Of a DNA stretch of 64,000 nt, positions 27,948 through 38,190 are shown piece after piece. Made by a program: the position numbers and the translations under genes. The notes under the pieces are model-generated. The model worked only from the letters and a program-made list of their open reading frames with translations. It did no database searches and was not told the origin of the DNA. Numbering within the stretch: the stretch's first letter is position 1; each line of letters begins with the position of its first letter. The stretch spans positions 192,001 to 256,000 of the forward strand of contig CAWDXG010000001.1 of the NCBI GenBank assembly GCA_963806225.1, read 5' to 3'. Source of the DNA: an uncultured delta proteobacterium. Its GTDB lineage: Bacteria > Myxococcota_A > Polyangia > Polyangiales > Polyangiaceae.

Positions 27948-30386
27948 TCAATCCGCGATCCACAGGACGGTGAACGCATCGCCGCCGTCCTCGGGATCGG
28001 CGGCGCGGGACCGCGCGACGTAGCGCGACCCGCCGAGGTGCTGCCGCACGGCGCTCTTCAGCGCACCGGTGCCGTGGCCGTGCAGCACGAAGCCGGCGGG
28101 CTCGCCTTCCGCAAGCAGCCGATCCACGAACGCGTCCACGCGGTCCAGCGCCTCGTCCACGCGCTGGCCCCTCAGGTCCAGCGTGTTGTCCTCGGTACGG
28201 ACCGGCACGTGCTCGCCGCGCACCGCGGTGGCGCCGCCCCGGTCGTCTTTTTCGGGTGTTCGACCCGGGGCCTTGGGTTTGGGCTTCTTGGGCTTGGCCG
28301 CTCGCTCGAGGGACGCCACCGGGACGCTCAGCTTGAGCGCACCGGCCGCCACGCGTACCTGGCCCTTCGCTGGCGGAGCGAGCACCTCGGCGATCGCGTC
28401 GATCCCGGGCACGTACACACGCGCTCCCGCCACCAGCTCTTCGATAGCCAGCGGTTGTTCCGGCTTTGCCGCGTGCCGCGGCGCGTCCGCCACCTCGACC
28501 AGACGGCCGCCGATGGCGATCTGCTGGGCGGCCCTGCTCACGCTCCGCTCCGCGTCGCGCACCTGCTGCTTGTCGAGCCCGGCCTGCTTCAGGCGCGCCC
28601 GCGCTTGACGGAGCTCGGCCCGCGCCCGCTGCACTTCCGCTGTCAGCTCGCGGGCCTGCTGCTCCGCGCGCCGTCGGTCCTGCTCGCGCTGTCGCGCGAG
28701 CTCGGTCTCGACTTCGGTGCCCAGCTGCTTCTGCCGCCGGGCTTCCGCCTCGGCCTCGCGGCGCGCCTGTTCCAGCGCCCGCTGCTCGGCCTCGAGCTCC
28801 GCGACCAGCTCCTCGCGTCGACGCGCGTGCTCCGGCATCAGCTGCTCGGCCCGCTGGATCACGTCCGGAGGCATGCCATGGCGCGCGGCTACGGCCAGCG
28901 CGCTCGAAGCGCCCGGCACACCGAGCTCCAGCTTGAACGTCGGCTTCATCGCCCCGAAATCGAAGCCCACCGAGGCGTTCACGAAGTGATCGTCGTCTAC
29001 CGGGAGCTCTTTCAGGCGTTCGTAGTGCGTGGTCACCGCCACCGTCGCGCCGCGCTGCACCAGCTTCTCCAGCACCGCGACCGCGAGAGCCGAGCCCTCT
29101 TCCGGGTCGGTGCCCGCGGCGACCTCGTCCAGCAGCACCAGCGTGCGCGGGTTGGCGTGCTCGACGAACCGGGCGAGCTTTTCGATGTGCGCGCTGAACG
29201 TCGACAGCGAGCGGGCCAGCGACTGATCGTCGCCGACGTCGGTCAGCACGTTGTCGAACCAGCCGACACGCGAGCCGGGCGCGGCGGGCAGCGGCAGCCC
29301 CGCGCGCGCCATCCACGCCGCGAGTCCCAGGCATTTGAGGGCCACCGTCTTGCCGCCGGCGTTGGGCCCGGAGATGACGAGCCCCGAGCCAGGCGAAAGC
29401 CGGATGTCGTTGGGCACGACCTCGTCCAGGCCGCTGCCGATCAAGAGCGGGTGGCGCATCTCCCTGAGGTCGATGCCGGCATCCATTTCCGGCGCGACCA
29501 CGACGCCCTCCGCCTCCGCGGCCCAGCGAGCGATAGCCGATAGCTGGTCGGCGGCGAGGCACGCTTCGTACGCGCGCGAGAGCTCGTCCGCCTGCGCAGC
29601 CGCGGCATCGCACAGTCGCGCCAGCACGCGCGCCTCCTCGCGCTCGGCCTCCGCTTCGGCGACGCCCAGCCGGTTGCCGAGCTCGGTGATCTCCTGCGGT
29701 TCGACGTACAGTGTTCCGCCCGACGCACTCGAGCCCAGCACGATGCCTGGAACGCGGCGATGCGCGTCCGCGCGCACCGGCAGCACGTAGCGACCGTCCC
29801 GCTCGGCATAGTAGTTGTCGCGCAGCACTTCCGAGTAGCGGGAGATGAGCCGGTCAATCCGCGTGGAAAGCTCCCTGCGCAGGGAGGCGACGCGCTGTCG
29901 GGCTGCGGCGAGCCCGGGCGAGGCGCGATCCGCGACGGCGCCGCTCTCGTCCAGCGCGTGCTCGAGCTCCTTCAGGAACTCGTCCAGCTCCGGAGCGCTG
30001 CCGATGGCCGCTGCCAGCGCCGGGTGCTGTTCGCGCTGCCGCGCGGCGTAGGCCCTCAGCGAGGCTGCGGTCCTGAGCACGGTCCTCAATGAAGCGAGCT
30101 CGTCTGCGCCGGCGACGGCTCCGCGGCGGAGCCGGGCAAGCAGAGGGGCCATCTCCTCCACTTTGGCCCCCGGCAGGGGCGCGTCGGCCTGCGAGAGCTC
30201 GAGCGCGTCCGCCACCACCCGGCAACGCTGCCGGGCGTCCTCGATCTCCGCGGCGGGAGACAGCTCGCGCAGACGTCGCGCTGCGGCGTCTCCGGCGGCC
30301 CGCCGCGCGATGCGCTCGAGCAGCTCGAACCACTCGAGGTCCGCCGAGGCCTTGTCGGCCGACGCTATCGGAGGGGTGCTGGACAC
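27948..30386 (-). CDS. mutS2: MutS2 with a C-terminal Smr domain
   Basis: SASGGTLYVEP, GPNAGGKT, SLSTFSAH, LLDE..AGTDP, TTHY, coiled coil, LDLRGQR...HGHGTG. Confidence 0.95.
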   Translation of the reverse strand: MSSTPPIASADKASADLEWFELLERIARRAAGDAAARRLRELSPAAEIEDARQRCRVVADALELSQADAPLPGAKVEEMAPLLARLRRGAVAGADELASLRTVLRTAASLRAYAARQREQHPALAAAIGSAPELDEFLKELEHALDESGAVADRASPGLAAARQRVASLRRELSTRIDRLISRYSEVLRDNYYAERDGRYVLPVRADAHRRVPGIVLGSSASGGTLYVEPQEITELGNRLGVAEAEAEREEARVLARLCDAAAAQADELSRAYEACLAADQLSAIARWAAEAEGVVVAPEMDAGIDLREMRHPLLIGSGLDEVVPNDIRLSPGSGLVISGPNAGGKTVALKCLGLAAWMARAGLPLPAAPGSRVGWFDNVLTDVGDDQSLARSLSTFSAHIEKLARFVEHANPRTLVLLDEVAAGTDPEEGSALAVAVLEKLVQRGATVAVTTHYERLKELPVDDDHFVNASVGFDFGAMKPTFKLELGVPGASSALAVAARHGMPPDVIQRAEQLMPEHARRREELVAELEAEQRALEQARREAEAEARRQKQLGTEVETELARQREQDRRRAEQQARELTAEVQRARAELRQARARLKQAGLDKQQVRDAERSVSRAAQQIAIGGRLVEVADAPRHAAKPEQPLAIEELVAGARVYVPGIDAIAEVLAPPAKGQVRVAAGALKLSVPVASLERAAKPKKPKPKAPGRTPEKDDRGGATAVRGEHVPVRTEDNTLDLRGQRVDEALDRVDAFVDRLLAEGEPAGFVLHGHGTGALKSAVRQHLGGSRYVARSRAADPEDGGDAFTVLWIAD

Positions 30387-30483
30387 GGAGCGGCTCCTCT
30401 ACAGCGGCGCTGGCCGACGCGCCAGCCCCGTTGTCGTCCGGCACTATGGCGATCCGGCGTGTGTCCGGACTAGAGTGAGGGCA

Positions 30484-31905
30484 GTGTCACGAGCTTCGAG
30501 CCCCACCGAGGTCGACGACGCGGCCTTCATCCACAGCTTGCTGGCGGTCCAGCGCTTCCAGCGCACCGGCGTGCTCGAAGTACGGGCGGAGGGCGTCTGC
30601 ACCCTCATCTACGTGCAGAAGGGCATCCCCGTCTTCGCCGAGCAGGGATCGCTCGGCGAAACCCTCGGCCGGGTCCTGGTCCGGCAGGGCGCGCTCACGG
30701 CCGAGCAGTACGCTGCGGTCATCGATCGAATGACCGAGACCGTATTCGGCAGCGAGCAGCTGCGGTTCGGTGAGGTCGCCGTCGCGCTCGGCTATCTGAC
30801 CCTGCAGCAGGTCAACGACGCGCTCGCCGAGCAGGTCCGGCAGAAGCTGCTGCGATGCATGCAGTGGTCCGCCCCGGAGTGCGAGTTCAAGGCGGTGACC
30901 GAAGCCCTCGACGAGGTCGCCCACTACGCCTGCCAGGTCGAGCCGCTGCTGCTCGAAGGGCTCCGCGAGTACTTCGACAAGCAGCGCGTGCGCCCGCTGT
31001 GGGAAGCAGCGGCGACCCGTTTCGCAGCCCTGACCGAGACGCTCGACGCGATCGTGGCGCGATTCAAGCTCGGGACGGAAGAGCGGGCGCTGCTGGAGGG
31101 CATCGACGGGTCGCGGACCGTGGCGCAGGTAGTAGGTTCGGGCCAGCTCGACAGCACCGCGGCGGCACAGCTGTTGAGCGCGCTGTTGCTGGTCGACGCG
31201 CTCGGCGCCTTCGACTCGAGCGAGGAGGCGGAGCAGCAGGCGCAGGCGGCGCGCTCGCTGGTGCGCGTTCCTGGTGGGCGCATGGTTTCCATCGCGCGGC
31301 CGCAGTCGGCGTCGGCGAGCGGCCCGCCGGAGGCGATCGCCCAGGCCGTCGTCGTGCCCTCGGCTCCGCCTGCCGCTGCAGCGGACCCCGGGCCCGAGGC
31401 GCCCAGCGCAGCCGCACCCGAGGCGTCCGAGCCCGCGCCTCCCCCCTCGGACCCACCCCGCCCGGTTTCCATCCCGGTACCGCCCGACGTGAAGCATTCG
31501 CGCCTGCGCGCGGAGCAGCTCTTCCAGAGCGGACGCAAGCACCTCAGGGAAGGTCGCTGGCAGAAAGCGCTGGCCGATCTCGACAAGGCCGCCAAGCGCT
31601 ATCCCGAAGCCATCGAATACAAGCTGCACGCTGCGTGGGCGGAGTTCCGCATGCTCGACGATCCGGAGCGGATGGAGGAGCTCAAGGAGGAGCTCGCCGA
31701 TCTGGCGCTGCGCGCGGTGCGCCAGGACAAGACCATCTCCTTCGCACACTACGTCCACGCACAGCTCTTCCTGATGGCCGGCGACGAGAAGGCCGCGCGT
31801 CGATCCTTCGGCGTCGCCTGGAAGCTCGACAGAAGTGATCGCGACGCCGAGCGCCACTACCGCGTGCTCGACCGTCGCTTGCGCGGCGACGACAAGGGTC
31901 ATTGA
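30484..31905 (+). CDS. DUF4388-like domain + TPR protein
   Basis: RTGVLEV...IY..KG.PVFA...ETLG.VLVRQG, RFGEV.V.LG; Pro-rich linker; C-terminal TPR. Confidence 0.7.
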   Translation: MSRASSPTEVDDAAFIHSLLAVQRFQRTGVLEVRAEGVCTLIYVQKGIPVFAEQGSLGETLGRVLVRQGALTAEQYAAVIDRMTETVFGSEQLRFGEVAVALGYLTLQQVNDALAEQVRQKLLRCMQWSAPECEFKAVTEALDEVAHYACQVEPLLLEGLREYFDKQRVRPLWEAAATRFAALTETLDAIVARFKLGTEERALLEGIDGSRTVAQVVGSGQLDSTAAAQLLSALLLVDALGAFDSSEEAEQQAQAARSLVRVPGGRMVSIARPQSASASGPPEAIAQAVVVPSAPPAAAADPGPEAPSAAAPEASEPAPPPSDPPRPVSIPVPPDVKHSRLRAEQLFQSGRKHLREGRWQKALADLDKAAKRYPEAIEYKLHAAWAEFRMLDDPERMEELKEELADLALRAVRQDKTISFAHYVHAQLFLMAGDEKAARRSFGVAWKLDRSDRDAERHYRVLDRRLRGDDKGH

Positions 31906-31948
31906 CCGCCGCGTCGTGCGGGGTCACGGTCCAGCCGTGACCCAGGAC

Positions 31949-32791
31949 ATGTCCGACAAGGTGCGGGTGGGCGTAGCGTCCACGGCTTCGGGCAGCGGCG
32001 CCGAGGCGGCGGACGATCTCGAAGCCCGCCTGCAGGCCTTCTGCAAAGCGCTGTCGGGTGTGCTCGGCGTCGAAGTCGAGCCGCACGCCGCGGCGGACTA
32101 TCCGTCGCTGCTCGACGCGATGAACTTGGGCCGCGTGGACGTGGCCTGGCTGCCGCCGGTGCTGGCGCTGCGCGCGGCCTCGGCCGGGCGCGCACTGCCG
32201 ATCGCATTGCCGATGCGAGGCGGCGTTTCGTCGTTCCACAGCGCACTGTTCGCACGCGCCGGCACTCCGCTACGTCGCCCGGCGGATCTGCACGGCGTGC
32301 GCGCCGCCTGGGTCGACCGCAACAGCGCGTCGGGCTATCTCGTGATCCGCGCGTCGCTGCGTGCGCAGGGCGTCGAGCCGACCGAGGCCTTCGCCACCGA
32401 GTCGTTTCTCGGTTCGCACGAGCGCGTCGTCCAGGCTGTGCTGTCGGGCGAAGCGGACGTGGGCGCGACGTTCATGCACCACACCGAAGGCTCGGGCGTG
32501 TGGCGCGCGGGCTGGGGCGAGGAGAACGTGCACGTGCTCGCGCGCGTCGGTCCCATCCCCGCCGATGTCGTCGCCGCCGGCATCCACATGCCCGTCGCGC
32601 GCATCCGTCAGGTACAGAGCGCGCTGACCGAGGCGGGCAATCCGGAGCTGGCAGAAGCCGCGCGCGCCCTCCTCGAAGCCGACAGCTTCGTCAAGGCCGA
32701 GTCCGCCCACCTCTCGCCGCTCGAGGCGCTGCTCGACTTCCTCGAGGACAACGCCTACCGCTTCGGCTCGCAGTTCCCCCCGCCGAACTGA
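31949..32791 (+). CDS. PhnD-like phosphate/phosphonate-binding-fold protein, no signal peptide
   Basis: DVAWLPP, AWVDRNSASGYL, GSHERVVQAVLSGEADVGATF, PIP.D. Confidence 0.8.
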   Translation: MSDKVRVGVASTASGSGAEAADDLEARLQAFCKALSGVLGVEVEPHAAADYPSLLDAMNLGRVDVAWLPPVLALRAASAGRALPIALPMRGGVSSFHSALFARAGTPLRRPADLHGVRAAWVDRNSASGYLVIRASLRAQGVEPTEAFATESFLGSHERVVQAVLSGEADVGATFMHHTEGSGVWRAGWGEENVHVLARVGPIPADVVAAGIHMPVARIRQVQSALTEAGNPELAEAARALLEADSFVKAESAHLSPLEALLDFLEDNAYRFGSQFPPPN

Positions 32792-32795
32792 GCGC

Positions 32796-33272
32796 TCAGG
32801 ACGCCAGCTTGGCGTTGCCCGCGGAGAGCCCGAGCATGGGGGCGGCCTTGCCGAGGCGCATGCCCACGATCACGTTGGTGCCCACTGCTTCCTGGTCGAG
32901 GCCGGCGGCCAGCGCCGTGAGCGAGTGGCGCGCGCGGCCGGGCGCGTGGTCGTCGAGCGTGAGTACGAGCTCTCCGCCGCCGGAGCGCTTGAGGTTGGCG
33001 AGCAGCCCGCGCGCCAGCACCGCGCGCGCCGCCGTGTCTTCCGGATCGGTGCGGCCGTTCGAGACCAGCACCATCGCGTCGAGTCGCCAGCCGCGCGACT
33101 CGAGGCGCGCCACGCGGTTGCCCACCTGCATGACAAGCGAGCCTGGCGCGCCCTGGTAGTGCTGCGCCACCACGGCCATGTCGCCGTTCTCGTTCGGCTC
33201 GAACCAGCCCGGCCAGCTCGCGCCGAACTCGATCACCACCAGCGTCGCGGTTCTCTGGGTCGCTCTGGGCAT
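32796..33272 (-). CDS. Hypothetical protein, divergent from the WYL regulator
   Basis: GGAGG SD, GC3-biased frame, alpha/beta composition. Confidence 0.65.
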   Translation of the reverse strand: MPRATQRTATLVVIEFGASWPGWFEPNENGDMAVVAQHYQGAPGSLVMQVGNRVARLESRGWRLDAMVLVSNGRTDPEDTAARAVLARGLLANLKRSGGGELVLTLDDHAPGRARHSLTALAAGLDQEAVGTNVIVGMRLGKAAPMLGLSAGNAKLAS

Positions 33273-33347
33273 GCCTCCGGGGATAGGGCGGGCCTTTTCG
33301 ACGGGCCAAGTAAGCGGGCCAGCAGGGCTTGGGGGTGCGTTGAAATT

Positions 33348-33406
33348 ACCAATAAATACCAGCTATTGGTGCACATCCTGCCATGATCCTGACATCCGGC
33401 GTAGGA
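33348..33406. promoter_or_regulatory. Putative operator region of the WYL regulator
   Basis: AT-rich patch containing the inverted repeat ACCAATA-N9-TATTGGT and the direct repeat ATCCTGCCA/ATCCTGACA. Confidence 0.45.
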
Positions 33407-33412
33407 TGGGGC

Positions 33413-34111
33413 GTGCGCCGCGCGGATCGCCTGTTCTCGATCATCCAGCTCCTGCGCAAGCGCAAGGTGCTGACGGCCGGCGCGCTCGCGGAAAAGCTGG
33501 AAGTGTCCGAGCGCACCATCTACCGCGACATCCGCGACCTGGTGCTGTCCGGTACTCCGATCGACGGCGAGCCGGGCGTGGGCTACGCGCTCCGCTCCGG
33601 CTACGACCTGCCGCCGCTGATGTTCGACGAGAGCGAGATCGAGGCGCTCGTGCTCGGCGCACGCATCGTCAAGAGCTACGCCGACGTCGAGCTCGCACGC
33701 GCGTCCGGGTCCGCGCTCTCGAAAGTGGAGAGCGTGCTGCCGAAGCACCTCGAGAAGAAGCTCGACGAGACGCGGCTGTACTCGCCCAATGCCACGGGCT
33801 TCGAGGTCTCCGATCGCCTGCTCCCGGTGCGGTTGGCGCTCGCCCAGCGCCGCAAGATCGAGCTCTTGTACCGGCGCCAGGACGGCGCGCAGAGCCGGCG
33901 CGTGGTGCGGCCGCTCGGCGCGTTCTTCTGGGGACCCACCTGGACGCTCACCGCGTGGTGCGAGCTCCGCGACGACTTCCGCACCTTCCGCGTGGACCGC
34001 ATGGAGGAGATCGAGCTGCTCGACGCGACCTTCGAACCGGAGCCGGGGCGTACGTTGGAGGACTACGCCGCGCGGCTCGGCGACGAGGGGCAGGCGCTGC
34101 TCGGCGACTAG
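33413..34111 (+). CDS. YafY/DriD-like HTH-WYL transcriptional regulator
   Basis: RRADRLFSIIQLLR...LEVSERTIYRDI..L..SG.PI.GEPGVGY, LPPLMF, WCELRDDFRTFRVDRM. Confidence 0.93.
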   Translation: MRRADRLFSIIQLLRKRKVLTAGALAEKLEVSERTIYRDIRDLVLSGTPIDGEPGVGYALRSGYDLPPLMFDESEIEALVLGARIVKSYADVELARASGSALSKVESVLPKHLEKKLDETRLYSPNATGFEVSDRLLPVRLALAQRRKIELLYRRQDGAQSRRVVRPLGAFFWGPTWTLTAWCELRDDFRTFRVDRMEEIELLDATFEPEPGRTLEDYAARLGDEGQALLGD

Positions 34112-34393
34112 AGCTTCAGGTGCACGACGGTCGCGCCCCAACCGCCGCGTGCGCTCGGCGCGTCGCGGAACGACTCGACCAGGGGGCTGTGCGACAGCAT
34201 CTGCTGCACGCGCGCCCGCTGCACGCCCTTGCCGCGCCCGTGGATGATGCGCACCTCGGAAAGACCCTTCTCGGCGGCGGCCTCCAGGTACGACTCGACG
34301 ACCGAGGGAATGTCGCGCGGCTGGAAGGTGTGCAGATCGATCGAGTCCTCGATCTCGAGCACCACGACGTCGTCGGGCTCGTCGCTCGGCCAT
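34108..34393 (-). CDS. Stand-alone Smr-domain protein (start region possibly frameshifted)
   Basis: IDLHTFQP...VRIIHGRGKGVQR...GGWGATVVHL. Confidence 0.85.
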
Positions 34394-34399
34394 GAGCGA

Positions 34400-35291
34400 T
34401 CAGCCGGTCTTCGTCTTCTTCGAGCTGCTGCGCCGCGCCGCGGCCTTCTTCGGGTGGCTTCGGCTTGGCCGTCTGCTCGGCCTTGGCGGCGGCCTTTCTG
34501 GGCGGCTTCGGCGCTTCCTGGCCCTCCGCCAGGCTCTTCTTGAGCGCTTCGAACAGATCGATGATCTGCGCCTTCGGCTGCTCGGGCGCGATGGTGACCT
34601 CCTCGCCCGCGACCTTCTGGTCGACGGCGGTGTGCACGCGCTCGGCGTAGGCGTCGTGGTACTTCTCCGGCTCGAAGCTGTCCGCCGACAGCTGGTCGAT
34701 CAGCTTCTCGGCCAGGTCGCGCTCTACGTCCTTGAACTCGAAGGTCGCGCCGGTCGGCACCTCGTCGAAGTCGCGCACCTCGTTCGCGTAGTAGAGCTGG
34801 TGCAGGATCAGGCCGTCCTTGCCGTAGGGACGGATCAGCACCAGCTGCTCCTTGCCGCGTCCCGCCCAGCGCCCGACGGCGACCTTCTCCTTCTTCTGCA
34901 TGGACTCGCCGAGCAGCCGGTAGGCCCGGTCGCCGCCCTTGTCCGGGCCGAGGTAGTAGGTCTTTTCCACCTGCACGAAGTCCACGCTGGCGAGCGGGAC
35001 GAACTCCATGATCTCGATGCTGCCGGTGCGCTCGACCTCGAGCTCCTTGAGCTCCTCGTCGCTGAACACCACGTACTGCCCGCGGGCGTACTCGTAGCCC
35101 TTGACGGTGTCGGCGCGCTCGACGATCTCGTCGTCGGTGGGGCAGTAGAACTGTTGCTTCAGCCGCCCTTTGCACTTGTCATGGAGCATGTTGAAACGGA
35201 CCTGCTCCGACGAGGCGGCGGTGTAGAACTTGACGGGGATCGAGACGAGCCCGAACGAGAGGGTTCCCGAGGAGGTGGCGCGCGCGGGCAT
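34400..35291 (-). CDS. ku: NHEJ Ku protein
   Basis: GTLSFGLVSIPVK, VKGYEY, YYLGPD, IIDLFEALKKSL. Removing one C near 34452 gives the typical basic tail KPPKKAAARRSSSKKTKTG* ending at 34400. Confidence 0.93.
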
Positions 35292-35303
35292 ACGCGTATG
35301 CTA
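35288..35303. promoter_or_regulatory. Bidirectional promoter core between ku and ligD
   Basis: Perfect palindrome GCATACGCGTATGC; overlapping -10 hexamers TAGCAT (-) and TATGCT (+). Confidence 0.55.
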
Positions 35304-35319
35304 GCCACTGGGGGTCAGG

Positions 35320-37903
35320 TTGCCGAAGAGAACGACGAAAAAGCCCTCCCGCGAAGCCGGAGCGGCTTCGCGACTACCGCGACAAGCGTGACCCGGCGCG
35401 CACGAACGAGCCGTTCGCTGCTGAACAGAGTCGCAGCGCTGGTCCGACGCGCAGCGGTCGCTTCGTCGTCCACCTGCATGCGGCCAGTCGCACCCACTAC
35501 GACCTGCGCCTGCAGATCGCTGGAGCGCTGGAGAGCTTCGCCGTGCCGAAGGGGCCGAGTCTCGATCCCGAGCAGAAGCACCTGGCGGTGCGCACCGAAG
35601 TGCACCCGCTCGAGTACGTCGACTTCGAGGACGTGATCCCCGACGGCAACTACGGCGCGGGGCCGATGATCGTGTGGGACCAGGGCACGGTCCGCTATCT
35701 CGACGCGCCGGCGGAAGAACAGATCAAGAAAGGCAAGCTCGACTTCGAGCTGGCCGGTCACAAGCTGCGCGGGCGCTTCGCGCTGGTCGAGACGGGGCGG
35801 CGCGAAAAGCCACCCGAGCCGAACTGGCTGCTCCTGAAGAAGCAGGACGCCTTCGCCACGCCCGGCCGCAGCATCATCGAGGAGGAGCCGCACAGCGTGC
35901 TGAGCGGGCTCACGGTGGACGAGCTGCCCGAGCGCGAGCGCGTGGCTCGCAAGCTCGAACAGGCTGCCGCCGAGCTGGGCGCGCCGGAGGGCGAGGTGGA
36001 CGCCGCGGCGCTGACGCCCATGCTGTGCGCGGACTCCGGCGCGGAGCTGGACGACGCCTCGCGCCTCTACGAGCTGAAGCTGGATGGCGCGCGCATCGTG
36101 GCGGAACGCCGCGGGCAGCAGGTGATCCTGCGCTACCGCAACGGCGGGATCGCCACCGGGAGCTATCCGGAAATCGCCCGGGCGCTCGGCGCGCTCGCGG
36201 AGACGCGCCTGGTGGTCGACGGCGAGATCGTCGCTTTCGACGACGTGGGGCGGCCCAGCCTTGAGCGGCTGCTCCCGCGTATCCAGGCGCGCCGGCCGCT
36301 CGACGTGCGGCGCGTGGTGGCGCAGGTGCCCGTCGTGTACGTCGTGTTCGACGTGCTCCAGATAGGCGATCGCGATCTGACCGGTCTGCCGCTCTCCGAT
36401 CGCAAGTCGCTACTCTCGCGGCTGGTCGTCGGCCGCGGGCTCTTGCGCGCGCTCGACCACATCGAGCGCGACGGCCAGGCGCTGTTCGACTTCTGTCGCG
36501 AGCGCGACCTCGAAGGCGTGGTCGCCAAGCGTGCAGGCTCGCGCTACCGGCCCGGCCCGGTGCGCAGCGGTGACTGGGTCAAGATCAAATGCCAGCGCGA
36601 CGACGAGCTCGTGGTGGTGGGGTGGGTGACCGGGAAGGGGTCGCGCCGGCAACTCGGCGCGCTCGAGCTCGCCAGCTTCACGGGCGATCGGCTGGTCTAC
36701 CGCGGCAAGGTCGGCAGCGGGCTCGACCAGTCGAGCCTCGATCTGCTCGAAAAGAGGCTCGGCGAGCTGGAGATCGATTCGTCGGCCGTCGAGGGCGAGC
36801 TGCCCCGCGAGAGCGGAACACGTCACTTCGTCAGGCCGGAGCTGGTCGCGAACGTGCGCTACCTCGGCTTCACGGAAGAGGGGCGGCTGCGCGAGCCCGT
36901 GTTCCGCGGCGTGCGTGACGACGTCGCCCCCGCCCAGTGCACCGTGGCGCCGGCGGACGAGCTGGTCGAGCGCGCGGAGGTCGAGCCCGCGGAGCAGGCG
37001 TCCGCTCTGGAAGGTCGCGTCCGCATCACCCACCGCGACAAGGTGTTCTGGCCTGCCGACGGCTACACGAAAGGCGACCTGTGCGACTACTACGCCGCCG
37101 TGGCGCCGGTGCTGCTGCCGTTCTTGAAGGGCCGACCTGTCGTGCTGGTGCGCTATCCGGACGGCATCGAGGGCAAGAGCTTTTTCCAGTGGAACGCCCC
37201 GCCCGGCACGCCATCGTTCGTCCGCACACTCGAGCTCCGCGACGAGGAAGACCCGGAGCGCCACGACAAGTGCGTGTTCCTCGTCGACGATGTCGATTCG
37301 CTGCTCCACATCGCGAACCTCGGCTGCATTCCCATCCACGTGCTGGCGAGCCGCGAGCGGGACCTGGGCCAGTGCGATTTCCTGACCATCGACCTGGATA
37401 TCGGCGAGCAGCCGTTCCGCGACGCGGTGGTACTGGCGCTGTCACTGCGCGAGCTGCTCGATGACATCGGCCTGCCCGGCTATCCGAAGACGTCCGGGCA
37501 GAGCGGGCTGCACGTCCTTTTGCCGCTCGGGCCGGGAGTGAAGTTCGAGGTCGCGAAGATCCTGGTCGAGCTGGTCGGCCGCTGCCTGCAGCTCCGCCAC
37601 CCGGAGATCTCGACAATGGAGCGGCGGGTTTCGGAGCGCGGTGCGCGCGTCTACATCGACACGGGCCAGACGGGGCGCTCGCGCACCATCGTGGCGCCGT
37701 ACTCCGTGCGCGCACGGGCCGGCGCCACGGTCTCGACGCCGCTCCGCTGGGACGAGGTGCACCTCGCGCTCGACCCGGCGCGCTTCTCCATGTTCAACGT
37801 GCTGGCGCGCCTCGACGAGATGGGCGATCCGCTCGCCGGGTTGCTCGACGAGCGCCCCGACGTGGTCGAAGCCGTGTCGCGCCTGGAAGCGCTCATGCGC
37901 TGA
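35320..37903 (+). CDS. ligD: DNA ligase D (phosphoesterase-ligase-polymerase order); apparent extra base near 35350
   Basis: The frame is open upstream of 35543 with LRDYRDKRD..RT.EP, FVVHLH.A...HYDLRL and AVPKGPS. Ligase motifs ELKLDGAR and EGVVAKR; polymerase motifs DLD and KTSG..GLHV. Confidence 0.94.
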
Positions 37904-37906
37904 GCG

Positions 37907-38188
37907 CTACAGCAGGCAGCGCTCGAGCGTGTCGGCGTCGGGCGCTTTCATCGCGCACTGCCACTGGCTTTGCGACACGTGGGCCGCGCACTTCGAAAAC
38001 GCCGGGTCGCGCGCTGCCTCGGCGCGCGCCTGCACCTGCAGCCGGAGCAGCTCCGCCGCGCCGGCGTCGGGGCGGTCGCTCTTCGCCAGGAGGTCGACGT
38101 AGTGATCGAGCAGCTCCGAGCACTGTGCGTGGCTCGGCGGCTTGCCGCACCCGGCGAGCAAGAGCGGCGACGCGAGCGCGAGCGCCAC
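37907..38188 (-). CDS. Small Cys-containing lipoprotein
   Basis: Lipobox LAGC; C..C..C..C pattern. Confidence 0.6.
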   Translation of the reverse strand: MALALASPLLLAGCGKPPSHAQCSELLDHYVDLLAKSDRPDAGAAELLRLQVQARAEAARDPAFSKCAAHVSQSQWQCAMKAPDADTLERCLL

Positions 38189-38190
38189 CG

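Noticed and set aside
34116..34460. Ku-Smr fusion or programmed frameshift
   Set aside because: A single extra C explains the odd Ku extension and restores a typical basic tail. There is no slippery heptamer, and similar indels are scattered through the window.
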